Shown one piece after another: positions 1-12,976 of a stretch of DNA of 64,000 nt. The position numbers and the translations under genes were made by a program. Numbering within the stretch: position 1 is the stretch's first letter; every line of letters starts with the position of its first letter. Below the pieces are notes generated by a model. That model saw nothing but the letters and a program-made list of their open reading frames with translations, ran no database searches and was not told the origin of the DNA. Source of the stretch: Selaginella moellendorffii (Eukaryota; Plantae; Lycopodiophyta); contig NW_003314394.1 of assembly GCF_000143415.4 (NCBI RefSeq), positions 248,042 to 312,041 on the forward strand, given 5' to 3'.

Positions 1-1012
1 TCCAGACGCTGTATTTCAGAGGAAGAAAAGCTTTTAAAGCGATCATAGATGATCTCAAGTCTCAAGGTCTTGGCAATGCAGACCAGGTAAAAGTCCCCAG
101 TAACACGAAATAAATTACAAGAGTTTGTGATTTTTACAGGCATTTCTCACTGGATGCTCGGCCGGAGGACTGTCAACGATTCACCGTTGCAATGACTTTC
201 AGTACTATCTCCCTGGGATCAAAGTCAAGTGCTTGAGCGATGGTGGCTTCTTTCTCAACGCGTGAGTCATCGAAAGTCAGAGTTCCGTTGACCCACATTC
301 TTTTGTTTTTTTTTTCAGACCGGATACCAGCGGCAACTATGCACTGTATAGTTTTTATAATGGAGTTGTCAACACACACAGCTTGAAAGATACACTGCCT
401 AGCTCTTGCATCTCATCAAAAGATGCAACCCAGGTATTTTCATAAACAATCTTGCTGAAGTTAGTGTATTTCCATCGAGAATCTTCCAGTGCTTTTTTCC
501 ACAAAACATGCAAAACTACGTTGGACCGCCCTTGTTCTTCGTCAACGGTGCCTACGACTTTTGGCAGGCAAGAGTTCTTCACTTGGTACTATTGTTGTTT
601 CTTATAAATTATTGTCGCAGCTAGAGAATGTCAAGAGATTGTCGAGAGATCAATACAGCTCCTGTGTGGATCACTCGGCGTGCCCAAACGTAAATGTTCT
701 GCAAGGGTTCAGGCAAAGCATGCTCGACGCGCTCTCCGTCTCGCGCTCCCGGGGATCGTCGGGGATGTTCATCGATTCCTGCTTCAGTCACTGCCAAGTT
801 CAAGGGGATGACAAGTGGAACAATCCCAAAGTCAATGGCCTGGTATGGAAAAACTTCTCGTAGATTTGCTTCAAGCCTCATCGTGATCTTGTTTGACTGG
901 ACAGTCAACTGCAAAAACTGTGGGTGATTGGTACTTTGGCCGTTCGTCGTCGTCCATACACATCGACTGTGCATACCCTTGCAATCCAACTTGTGTCACA
1001 AGGCTCGATTGA
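1..1012 (+). CDS. Pectin acetylesterase (PAE/NOTUM family), 5'-truncated by window edge, multi-exon
   Basis: Spliced translation gives LYFRG...[11 protein letters not shown] (GxSxG nucleophile), [36 protein letters not shown] and [19 protein letters not shown]. Stop TGA at 1010-1012. One GC-AG intron at 568-620. Confidence 0.93.
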
Positions 1013-1159
1013 AAGAAAGAAACTGCAAAAGAAATAAACTCCTCTTACAAACCCCAAGAGAAAAGAGATAACATATCGAAAGCTTTATTCATGGATGTAT
1101 AAATGAAAAGTGATACTTCCTCTTATTCTTCGCGACAACACTATAACGTTCCGATAAAT

Positions 1160-2525
1160 CTATCCGATACTTGCAATGTTGAGGAGGCTGCTAATGAGAT
1201 TCAAGACATTCTCCGCGGGCACAGCAATCCCAGATCCCAAAACATTCACCGAGAGGATGTCACCACCAGATCCATCCCCGGAGCTACCATTAGGATCTTG
1301 CTGCAAATTCGCGGTCAGGGAACTCGTCTTTTGCATGAATTCTCCCACGGTATAGTTGTATGGCTCCACGCGAGCCTCCCTCTCCGAGTATAGAACAGTG
1401 CGCATGGACGCATCCTGGCTCGCCAAAGCCGGAAGAATCCCAGCAACAAGCTGCCAAATTCCAATACCATTAGTTACAAAGCTCGCCAACTTTCTCGTAA
1501 GCTTTCAGAATGATAACTTACCGAGACTGCTCTGGAGCTCTCGAGATGTGGAAGCATGTCTGTTGCCACTGATGCTGCCAAGCCCGGGCCGAGCGACTGA
1601 ACACCCAACAGCAGTTTCGTGGGATCGTCATCGATGCTGAAGTCGGGCCGCAGGCTGCCATTGAAAGCCCTGTTCACTGCCGTGGAGAGCACCTCGTTGG
1701 TCACGTTTAGATCTTGAGGCCTCTGGATGGCCCGGTCCTGGAGCACACTAAGCATGGAACTGAAAGAGCGTTTGATAAATACACTTTGCAATATGGATTG
1801 ATTGATAATTAAAAATGTTACCTGACTTGGGCGATTGAGATTGCACTGAACTCGCTCAACATCTGTGGAATCATCTGCTGACCTCCTGAAACTTGCTGAA
1901 ACACAACTTTCTGGGAGACCGAAGCTGGCTGCACAACCGAAGATGGTCTCGCCCTTGCGTTTCCGAGGCTGGCTCTGAGAAAGATGTCGTTGAGCACAAA
2001 CTGCACAGCCAGGAGATTATTAAGATTCCGAACATCGCGATCCGTCAGCTTGTCGCCCTTGTGATCGTCCTCGTCGTCGCCGTCCTTTGGTGGATTCTTG
2101 GAAGACTTCGGTGGAAACTTTGGGGATTTGGGACGACTCTTTGGCTTGCAAGACCTGCAATCATCCTTGCAGTGCTTGCAATCGTGCTTGCAGTCATCCT
2201 TACAATCGTCCTTGCAATCATCCTTGCAGGGCTTGCAATCGTCCTGATCATCTCGATCTTTGACACCCTTCTTGCGATCATCGTCTTTCCAATCCTTGCC
2301 TTTGTCACAGGACTTGCAAGGCTTGCAAGGAGGAGCTGGGATGCAGCCCAGCGGACACTTTGGCGGTGGCGGGGGGCAGGGTGGCGGCGGCGGTGGTGGA
2401 CATGGTGGCGGTGGACACTTCGAATCATCATCTTTGTCACCCAGAGTGTGGACGCGTTCCAGCGAGAATGTGGAGAAGATGGAGAGGAAGAAGAACGCGA
2501 TCAAAGAATGTGTGACGAGCGCCAT
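1160..2525 (-). CDS. Secreted ferritin-like desiccation-related (PCC13-62-type) protein with Pro/Cys/Lys/Asp-rich N-terminal extension; 3 exons
   Basis: Signal-peptide-like N-terminus (MALVTHSLIAFFFLSIFSTFS). The C-terminal part resembles the PCC13-62 family: IQRPQDLNV..AVNRAFNGSLRPDF, LVAGILPALASQDASMRTVLYSERE..VEPYNYTVGEF. GT-AG introns join ORFs 1818..2525, 1474..1791 and 1160..1489. Confidence 0.72.
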
Positions 2526-2787
2526 AGCTAGCTGCTATCGTACCTAGTAACCGAGCAAGGGCTTGTTTATATATGGAAACGATTGAGAATCAACGCGACT
2601 GTGCATGAAGAACACGTCTACCTTTGACAAAGATGGAGAAATCTCCTTTCTAATTCTAATTGGTGAGCTCTTCGAATATTCTACTATTATCCAATCTTTC
2701 TTTCTAAAAGAATGCGAGGTATTTTCCAAAGAAAAAAAACAGAAGAAAAAGTTGACCCATTGACTGTAGTAATTTTTACAAACTTAG

Positions 2788-3420
2788 TCAAACTACGTTC
2801 CAAGTGTCAGCTATGGCTCGCATTATACACCCCATCCCTGCTCGATCAGTTAATTTCTCGTGGATTCTAAGGCATTGATCACACGTTGTTCTATCGCCCG
2901 TGGCGAGACCTCTATAAACATACCTGGCAATCTCAACAAAAAAGCAAGGAAAGAAGAGAGATTTCTAATCAGCAATTGTCGAGCACGAGAGGAAATCTCT
3001 TCTTACTTCATAAGAATGTCGTAGTACTCTGGATCTAGCGTCGCAAACAACGCATCCACGTCTTTACACGCCATGAGAGCCTGATGTACCAAAATCCAAT
3101 TCGCAGACTGCGTAGCATTCCTAGAAAAAACTTTAGAAACTTGGAAAAAACCATTCAATCCCAGACCTTGCATCGCTCGTCCTTGGTTCTTGTCGGTGGG
3201 TCCTCCAATGCGACCTTGAGCGCTTCACTATTCCGAGATCTATTGCAAAAGAATGAGAGAGAGGTGAGAGAAATCTTGCGATTTGATAGCGCTACACTTA
3301 CAATCTAAGCAGGCGCTCCATTTGCGGCGCCTTGTGCTCGATCCTCGCGATTATAGCATCGACCGACTCCTCGGATTCCTCGTACTCGTCGTAGAGCGCT
3401 CCATCGTCCGCCTCCCCCAT
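2788..3420 (-). CDS. ARPC5: Actin-related protein 2/3 complex subunit 5 (4 exons; absent from ORF track)
   Basis: Manual splicing gives MGEADDGALYDEYEESEESVDAIIARIEHKAPQMERLLRL/SRNSEALKVALEDPPTRTKDERCK/SANWILVHQALMACKDVDALFATLDPEYYDILMK/YVYRGLATGDRTTCDQCLRIHEKLTDRAGMGCIMRAIADTWNVV*. This matches plant ARPC5 motifs (DERCKSANW, YYDILMKY, HEKLTERAG.GCI). Confidence 0.95.
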
Positions 3421-3547
3421 GCCCTATCACTCTCGACGCAGGAAACCCTAATTGCGAGAAAAATTTTAAAAATCGGTCAACGGTCATTAGTGATCACTTG
3501 GGCAAATCGTATAGTAGGCTTACTTTGGAAAAAGCATACAAGATATC

Positions 3548-3619
3548 GCGTTAGTAGTCCAACGGTTAGGATAATTGCCTTCCAAGCAATAGACCCGGGT
3601 TCGACTCCCGGCTAACGCA
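3548..3619 (+). tRNA. tRNA-Gly (anticodon TCC)
   Basis: 72-nt cloverleaf: acceptor stem GCGTTAG/CTAACGC + discriminator A, anticodon arm ATTGC-CT-TCC-AA-GCAAT, T arm CCGGG-TTCGACT-CCCGG. Confidence 0.97.
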
Positions 3620-3857
3620 ATTTCTCTTATAAATGCACAGATATAACCTTCTCTTTAAATCTATTATTTTGAAAATATTTGAATACCTAGGTAGGAGGTG
3701 TGAGTGGCTGCTTCTTTTTTCTTTGACAAAATTTAGGCTTTCTAGTAGCCTCCTTTGTGGAACACCGCGTCATTCATTCACTCCTTGACGGATGGTATCT
3801 TAGCTCATCTCTTCCTTGATCGATCGCACTGGGACGTTTTTTTTTTTTTTGTTTACA

Positions 3858-5845
3858 ATGCTGGATTTGGGAGAGTTTTTGGTGCCGGATTTTGTGTTGG
3901 ATCGCGAGGAGCGCTGCGATGGTGGCGGCTTGGAAAGGGTTCCCAGGTTTCCTTTGCTCGTTTTTGTCAACGCCAAGAGTGGTGGGCAGCTGGGAATCGC
4001 GCTCCTGGAGACCTTCTCCAAGCTTCTAGCGTCACACCAGGTACGTATCTTTTTCACTTCCAACTTTTGTTTTTTGGTTTTCTGGCTTAGTGGTTTCTTT
4101 GGTCTACTAGGTGTTTGATCTAAGCAAGGTTGATCCTCGAGAAGTTCTATCCAGAGTCTCCAAAAATCTAGAAGCCGAGAACGATGTTGCGAAGAAATTG
4201 AGAAACTCTTTGAGGATTGTGGTGAGCGATGTCGTCTCTTGATAACTCAGGAACTTTTTGTTCTAAAGATTTTAAAGGTTGCAGGGGGTGATGGCACGGC
4301 TGGATGGCTGCTTGGAACAGCGAGCGACGTGAGCCCTCACCATCCATTTCCAATTGCCACGATTCCTCTTGGAACTGGAAACAATCTCCCATTCTCGTTT
4401 GGCTGGGTAAGTGATCTCCAAGCTTTCCACTGCTCTCTTGCATTTTTCTTCTTCCAAACTTTACATTCAGGGGAAGTTCAATCCTGGCACGGATGCTCGC
4501 TCCATGAAAAAGTTTCTCAAGCAAGTGCTCGAGGCACATTTTCTGAAAGTGGACAGGTTTTATCTAAAAATCTAAAGAGCTAAAAATCTCTAACAAGTTG
4601 TGATGATTCTGGTCATCTAAGATGGCAGCTAACAATGACAATGGAAGGAGAGCCGGATATGCTGCCTCATTCAATCCAAAAGGTTCCAAGAATCGAAGAA
4701 ACCAATGTAAGCTCTTTTTGACGTTCTAGATGATGGCTTGACTCTGGAAGATCGTCAGGAAGCTCCACTAAAGTTTCGTGGAGGGTTTTGGAATTATTTC
4801 AGCATAGGTGATTATCATAGTGTTCTAGTTTTCAAAATATTCTCATTCTTTATACTTTCTCAGGTATGGATGCACAGGTTTCATACGAGTTCCATAAGCA
4901 AAGACGTGAAAACCCCGAGAAATTCAATAGCCAACTAAGAAACCAAGTATGACAAAGTTTAGGATATCTGTGGTTTTAAATAACCGAGCAATGTTTTACA
5001 GTGTGCTTATGCTACTCTTGGCTGTACTCAAGGATGGTTTTGCGCTCCTTTTTTGCATCCGTCCTCAAGGTTTGTGAATTTACTCGTTTCTCGTCTTGTT
5101 ATTTATTCCAACGATTTGTTTCCAGGAGTATCAATGAAATCGCGACAGTGTATACAGCTGATTTCAATGGTCCATGGAAGAAACTGCCGATTTCCTCGAG
5201 GTATTATGTTGAAGTCCAATGTGTTCGTGTTCTATGATTTTCGTTTACAGCATAAGGTCCCTGGTTTTGCTAAACTTACCAAGCTTTTCAGGAGGCTTGG
5301 ATCCTTGGGGGACTCCCAATGACAGAAAATCTATCAAGGTATTCTAGCTATGTAATCTTCGATTTTACTGGAAGAATTTTGTAGAGAGGATTAACTTCTC
5401 CATCTGTGGAAGATGGATTGCTGGAAATAGTTGGCTTCAGAGATGGATGGCACGGCTTGTTCCTGTTGTTTCCAAAGGGCCATGGAACTCGTCTCGCTCA
5501 GGTATGAAAAACGACTTTTCTTGCGGTAAAGGTTGCGTTTTTCTTTGTCAGGCACACGAGATTAAGATCGAGCTCCAGTGCAGATCATCGTCACGATCAA
5601 ATCAGTGCTGCACTTACATGAGAATGGACGGGGAACCATGGAAACAAAGGTTGGAGAAAGATAGAATTATCACAGTGGAGATTTGTCACAAGGGTCAGGG
5701 AGCGATGCTTGCAAGGCAGGGATGCATTGCAGAGAGGAAAGATGCTTACCGGCATGCCCTGACAATCACCAAGCATGGCTTGGAGCATGGATTGAAACCA
5801 AAGTCCAATTGTTGCTTTCCTTTCAAACTAACTTCTGAAAAATAA
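3858..5845 (+). CDS. Diacylglycerol kinase, plant cluster III (DGK5-like), multi-exon
   Basis: [27 protein letters not shown] (ATP-binding GGDG), [51 protein letters not shown] 3858, TAA 5843-5845. Confidence 0.94.
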
Positions 5846-6154
5846 TAATGTATAGGTTTTTGAATGTTCTTAGAATTGATTTAATTTTAATCATACCTCT
5901 TCGCTTATACATACATACAAATATTTAAACTATTAGGAAAACTCCAAAGGCCAAAAGCCAGCTAGTGAAATTTCTATTTCATAGGCGTCAACTTCCTTGA
6001 AATGCCAAGGCACTACATTTTCTTCTAGTCCTTGTGCCAAATGGAACACAAAAAGTCCAGGGACACAGTGGAGATGAACCAGAAAAGTCTTTCTCGTGCT
6101 TGGGGTTTATTAAACTAACAGCTAAGGTTAAATAACAATTAATCGCTCAAAATT

Positions 6155-7690
6155 CTAGTATATAGTGCAAGCTTGGGTCAGAGCTACAGTGCTAGTTTTG
6201 TTTACAAAAGCTTTGTTGTCAGTTTGGAATGGTGCCAATCCCTCAGGCAAAACCGGCTGGAATTTTAGCAGCTGGGCATAGTGTTGGAGAAGCAACAACA
6301 TATACTGGTAGACAAACTTCATATCGAGCTCCATGTCTAGAAATGTTTGAGCACACTTCCCCATAGCTTCGGCCTGGCCGATGAAATGGTTAGCAAGCAC
6401 AAAAGAAACAAGAAAATCTCGTGACAAACCTCCTCAGGAAAGGCATTCCCCCAATCTACAGCAGCTTTGATCGAGTTGCAAATGTCGGTTCGGTTGATCG
6501 GCCAGTAGTGGACGAACGGGATCAGTGATCTCGAGAAGAACTCGTGGAAATCGGGGTGGATGAACAAAACGGTGGATCCACACGACATGATATATTTGAG
6601 ACTGGCAGACCAGCCTCGACCTTCCACATAGACTTTGTACCTATGAGGATCAAAGCTAGATCTGTAGGTGGCGCTATGAAAATGAAACTCTACCTGTGAG
6701 TGCACTGCTTGGACATGTCCGAGGATTTGAAACCCTGCCCTTTCTCAGCATTCCAATCCTGCGAGATCATGGAGACAAAGAGCTCTTTGGAGGTCTAAGA
6801 TCTTTCAAACCTGGATTGAAACTTGGTTCTTACCTGGTGATGAGTGATCAAGCGGCTGGAATTGACATCTTTGTTCGCAGCACACTTTACTAGATCCGGT
6901 CGAGCGGCCCCAGTCCAGTAATTCCCCTTCCAATACGCAAACCTCTGCCGCTTTGACCATTTCTCCTCTCGAGCTCCCGAGTAGATCTTTTGCTTCTCCT
7001 CCTCCCACGGAAGAATGTTTACCTCGGGCCTGGCCGTGATTCAAGGAAGTTATAAGAACATAACCGAAAATCTCGGGAGCCTTACCATCCCCAGAAGGAC
7101 CAATCTGGAAATACGATGTCGTAGTTCTCGCCCCTGGCGGTGGTACAGTAGGAGAAGAGAGGAGGCGGCGATGGATCGTCGCTGCCCTTTGCGCGTGGGA
7201 TTGCCGGGAAATCTCCACAGCCAAACATGAGATCCACGTCCGGGACCATCCCTGGGAAGCGATCGAGCAGCAGCTGGAGGCCGCGCAGCGTGAAATCGTC
7301 GCGCGTTTGGAAGCACTTGTGGTAGCGCTCCATGTAGAGCGTGCCATTGAGGATGAGCACGCGAAAATCCGCCCTCTTCTTGGCTTCTTGGAGGCTGTGG
7401 AGCGTGATTCCGTGATCTTTCCACGGTGCCAGGTCCCTGTCAATCCAGGAGAAGTAGGCCGGGCACTGCGATGGGGATTTTGAAATCGCGGAGCACTGGT
7501 GGAGGCGCTGGCGATCAATCGCTCGGGCAGAAGAATTCACTGGCCGTGGCCGGATCAAATTGGAGATTACCGCTGATGGAATGAATCTGGCCTTGTCGAC
7601 CACTGGAGCGAAAGCGATCAAGATAGTGGCGATGGCGATCGCTCCAGCCGCCACGATCACCAGGCGCGGCGAAGAAACCCTGACCATCAT
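6155..7690 (-). CDS. Glycosyltransferase family 90 / CAP10-domain protein (rumi/POGLUT-like), multi-exon
   Basis: N-terminal TM anchor, then CPAYFSWIDRDLAPWKDHGIT, FQTRDDFTLRGLQLLLDRFPGMVPDVDLMFGCGD, DIVFPDWSFWGW, AYWKGN, YKVYVEGRGWSASLKYIMSC, AVDWGN and VYQYMLLLLQHYAQLLKF. Confidence 0.92.
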
Positions 7691-7775
7691 CGCCACCAAT
7701 GACCATAGCGTGAGACTTTGAAGTTTGAACGCGCTCTAGTGTAACGCATATCCCACGGTAGAGATTTTTATCACC

Positions 7776-8000
7776 GACGGCCCCGATTTGATCCGCTCCA
7801 ACGGCTGTGATAGCGTCTGAGTTGGCGTGACACGTCATAAGCCACGGACGGCCCCGATTCAGTCCGATCCAACGGCTGTGATAGCGGATGAGTTGGCGTG
7901 ACACGTCATGGATATGACACGTGGAATTAACGTTAGAGCCACGGACGGCCCAGATTCGTTGGAGTTTGAAGTGAAGAGCAGAGGAGGGACTGCAACGGCT
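7776..8000. promoter_or_regulatory. Divergent promoter (GT90 / CDKB) with a 71-bp tandem duplication carrying MSA (AACGG) elements and ACGT boxes
   Basis: Units at 7776-7838 and 7847-7909, plus a partial third at ~7944. Each full unit has TCCAACGGCT and TGACACGTCA. Also TGACACGTGG at ~7916 and GCAACGGCT at ~7992. MSA elements (MYB3R sites) are typical of G2/M genes. Confidence 0.7.
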
Positions 8001-8067
8001 CCAAATATTTCTTTAGGGTTTGGGCGCTGGAGCTCCAGATCGCCGCTGCCGCCGCCTCGATCCGGCC

Positions 8068-9414
<1,347 letters not shown>

Positions 9415-9560
9415 GAAGTCAGAGTGAGAGACACTACCGACCTGAAGCCTTTGCTTCTGTACATAGCTACAGGTACACTAGTTCTTCTAGCTGGAGTGTC
9501 GAGACTGTGTGTGGTCTGGTTCAAAAAACAATGCTCTCTTTGTTTTCTTTATAGGGTTGA

Positions 9561-11766
9561 ATGTCATTTGAGGTATTTTATCCCATGTCAAGAGCAGGCT
9601 TCTTCTTCTGGTTGGGGTTCATAGGTGTAGTGTATGCGATTGTGTGTGGCTGGATTCTTGAGCGTCAGACACCGAAAACCAGGCTTCTAAGCGGCGATGA
9701 AGCTCCAGTTCTGGCTGATTTTAGTACCTGCAACGTGGAGCCGCCAGGTATGCATTTTTGTTTCTCCTCTGTGCTAAGAAATGTAGCTCATTGATTGATC
9801 AATATCATCAGACTTTTCATGTGAACGGGAATTCTTTTTCGGCCTTGCGACTGCACCAGCTCATGTAGAAGACAAGCTGAACGACTCCTGGTTGGAGTTT
9901 GCGCAAGAGAAGAGATTCAATGTAAACGTCATGTTTTTCGTTTTTGTACTTACAGATTTTAAGTTGCAGGTGAGAGCATGGCATAACATTCCACAACCCG
10001 ATGAGCGCCTCCGTTTCTGGTCGAATCCCGAGGTAGAGCTTAAGCTGGCGAAAGAAACGGGAGTGAGTGTGTTTCGACTGGGCATAGATTGGGGTCGAAT
10101 TGTGATAGCTGAGCCAGTGAATGGCATCGAGCAAGTGGTACGTCGTGTCTGTGTTTTGCTTCTTTTTCTTAATTTTTTTTGTTTCTTGTTTACATGTTGT
10201 AGGTGGATAAAGCAGCAGTAGAGCAATACAAGAAGATCCTTAAGAGTGTCTTGGATCACGGCATGCGAGTTATGCTCACTCTTTTCCATCATTCTCTTCC
10301 AAAGTGGGCTTTGCCATATGGAGGCTGGACGGACACTAGGACGATTAAGTACTTCACGGAGTTTGCAAGGTATCAATTCTTGTGAATACTTGTTGCTTAA
10401 AACCTTTCCAGGTTTGCCGATGAGAATTTTGGAGAGTATGTTGATTACTGGGTGACATTCAACGAGCCACACATATTTGCCTTGCTCACTCACTGTTCCG
10501 GAACCTGGCCACCGGGTGTTCGACTGTCGCTGTTTTCTTCTTTGTTGTGTTTCTCCCCGCTCGGTGATTATGGGAAGGCTATACGTGCGATAAGCTCTGC
10601 GCATGTTGCTGCGTATGATGTGCTCCACGAAAGGTACGTTCGAGTTTTGCTATTTGACAACGACTGAGATGCTTCACTCGTAGAAATCCAAAGGCCGTCG
10701 TAGGAGTTGCTCATCATGTGGGAGTGATCAAGCCTTATGGTTTTCTCGACATTCCCGCCTCGCTTTTGTCCAAGTGGCTCACTCAGTTTCACTGGATTGA
10801 TTTAATCCAAAACCACCTTGACTTCTGTGGGATAAATTACTATGGCCAGGTAAGTAGATTTGCGAATCACTATTACTTACACAAGTTCCGCTGGTTTTTA
10901 GGAAATCCTGTCTGCGGCTGGGCTGATGCTAGACGAACGAGAAGAGTACAGTGAGGCTGGTAGAGGAGTCTATCCTAATGGACTGCTGGAAATACTCGAA
11001 GCGTTTCATGATCGTTACAGGACGCGCAAGCCTGAGCTCAGATATATCATTACAGAGAACGGCTTTTCGGACGCTCGTGATATTTTACGAAGGTCATACC
11101 TGATCGAACACTTGCTGGCCGTGAGCACAGCTTTGAAGAAGGTTTTTGACGGTTTTTCTAAGGTTACTAGTTACACATTCGTTGGTTTTTTACCAGGGCA
11201 TTCCAATCGATGGTTACATCCACTGGACAATCTCAGACAACTGGGAATGGGCAGATGGTTACTGTCCAAAGTTCGGCCTTGTGTCGGTCGATCGCTTCAA
11301 TGATCTGAGACGAGTTCCACGGCCATCTTACTACCTCTATCAGCAGGTTAGTCGTTTCTTTCCTCTTTAACGTTTGAAGCTGATACTCAATCCTTCCTTC
11401 CAGATCGTGCGAGGGAGGAGAGTAACGCGGCAAATCAGAGTGGAGGCGTGGGATGTGCTACAAAAGGAAGTAAGAAGAGGTAGCATGAGACCGTTTTGTA
11501 GAGGATTTGATGCACACGGCAGGATGTGGGCAGGCAAGTATGTGTATGATCAAGTAAACTTCCTTGATCTGATCAAAGGCAATTGGTTTTCAGATGGTCT
11601 TGACACTCCGGCAATGCGAGCTTATTCTGCAAAAGACTGGAGATTTGGAGAGTATCAATCGCCGGGCATTGTCATTTACGCGGGGAGGTCACTCGACGTT
11701 CTCCGCATCCTTGCCAGTGATATTATCAAGGCTCTAAAGAATCTCATCGCCAGTGACAAACATTAA
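9561..11766 (+). CDS. SFR2: SFR2-like glycoside hydrolase family 1 (galactolipid:galactolipid galactosyltransferase-like), multi-exon; start could be 9561 or 9585
   Basis: N-terminal TM helix, then FFFGLATAPAHVEDKLND, AWHNIPQPDERLRFWSNPEVELKLAKETGVSVFRLGIDW, TFNEPH (acid/base), ITENG (nucleophile), WTISDNWEWADGY.PKFGLV and KDWRFG. Confidence 0.92.
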
Positions 11767-11869
11767 GAAAGTTTGGAAATGAGTTTGCTTTTGTTGGTTG
11801 AATGATCACTGGGATTCTTGACGACCAAAATAAAACTTGTTTTGTATTCCTTGATATATGATATGATTA

Positions 11870-12781
11870 TTAGAAAGTAAAGCAAGCACAAGTACCTGTA
11901 TCTAAATCACATGATAAAACTACACGACAACTATGTGGTCCATATCCAACAAAATTCAAGCTGTTATCCTTTTGAATAATAATAAATCTGATATTCGGTC
12001 TAGCCTGTATAGCTTCTACCGTATGCGTACCCACTACGGCAATCTCATTGCCAGTCTTCGCACAAACCTCCTTGATTGTAAACATACCTCCATTCAGCCA
12101 CACCAAGTAGAGCTTTTCCCTCCAGCTAGCAATGTAGATACACTTGCCGCTCGTGCGATACAGACTGAGATCCTTGTACGTGATCTTGTTGGTTTGCACA
12201 TCAAACTGAACAAACTTGCCATGGCTGGAATCTATACAAGCCAATTTGTTTTGTATGAGAACTTGATGCGGTCGATACAGCACGGACACCGGGACACGAT
12301 ACCATTCCGCCTGGCCGCGAGTGAAAGTGTGGATGTTGCCATCCAAGAACCCCACCACAACCTTGAACTGCTCGGCAGCAGTGGCCAAGAGGAACACACT
12401 CGAAACCGTAAACCCCAAGTAGGGGATCTCCTCCCACCTGGTTGCGAAGGGACTCCCAACGTAGAGTTTTTTAAGCTTTCTGGATCGAGCGAGCAAGAAG
12501 CGATTGTCTTGGGAGATGGCACACAGACAGTCGGGAGCATTGTGACTGCGAGGCTCCCAGCGCATCATCTTGCCACTGCTGTCCAGGATATAGTTTTCCC
12601 CGGGGTCGAACTTAGTGCTATCCGTATAGGAGCTCCGGAAGCTGGGCTCGTCCACCGCTGTTTTCCACGCCCGGCACACGCATCTGGAGATGAGAATGGA
12701 AGCCTGCACAGAATTTCTCCCACGAGCTCTGGCGTCAACCCCAACATTCCTGTGGCCGGGCTTTTCTTCGTCCACGCCATA
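11870..12781 (-). pseudogene. F-box protein gene with a frameshift inside the F-box
   Basis: One frame gives LGLTPELVGEILCRLPFSS and another continues RCVCRAWKTAVDEPSF. Together they form an F-box motif, broken at ~12687 (TCA TCT CC AGA TGC). Downstream LYVGSPFATRWEEIP and FKVVV resemble F-box-associated regions. Confidence 0.75.
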
Positions 12782-12976
12782 CCCTTGCCAAAGAATCCTA
12801 AACTTGTTTTATACTTTCTCTTACCTTTTCCCCTCACTCCTTTTTAAAAATGGAATCCTTGCTCGATCCAAAGATTTAAGAGATCTCTTTCTCGCATAAT
12901 TTGATGGATCGCACCTGACGATGCTAGAGTTTTTCGTGGTGGCTTTTGTGTTGGTCCTGAGTGCTGAGATGGTAAG

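Noticed and set aside
1893-2531. 212-aa hydrophobic ORF resembling a membrane protein
   Set aside because: Antisense shadow of the Asp/Lys/Cys repeats of the minus-strand gene; non-ATG start.
9861-10628. 255-aa minus-strand ORF
   Set aside because: Antisense to SFR2 exons and introns; no motifs.
11933-12847. 304-aa antisense ORF over the F-box gene
   Set aside because: It is in the same codon register as the sense ORF, so it only needs absence of TTA/CTA/TCA codons; no recognisable motifs.
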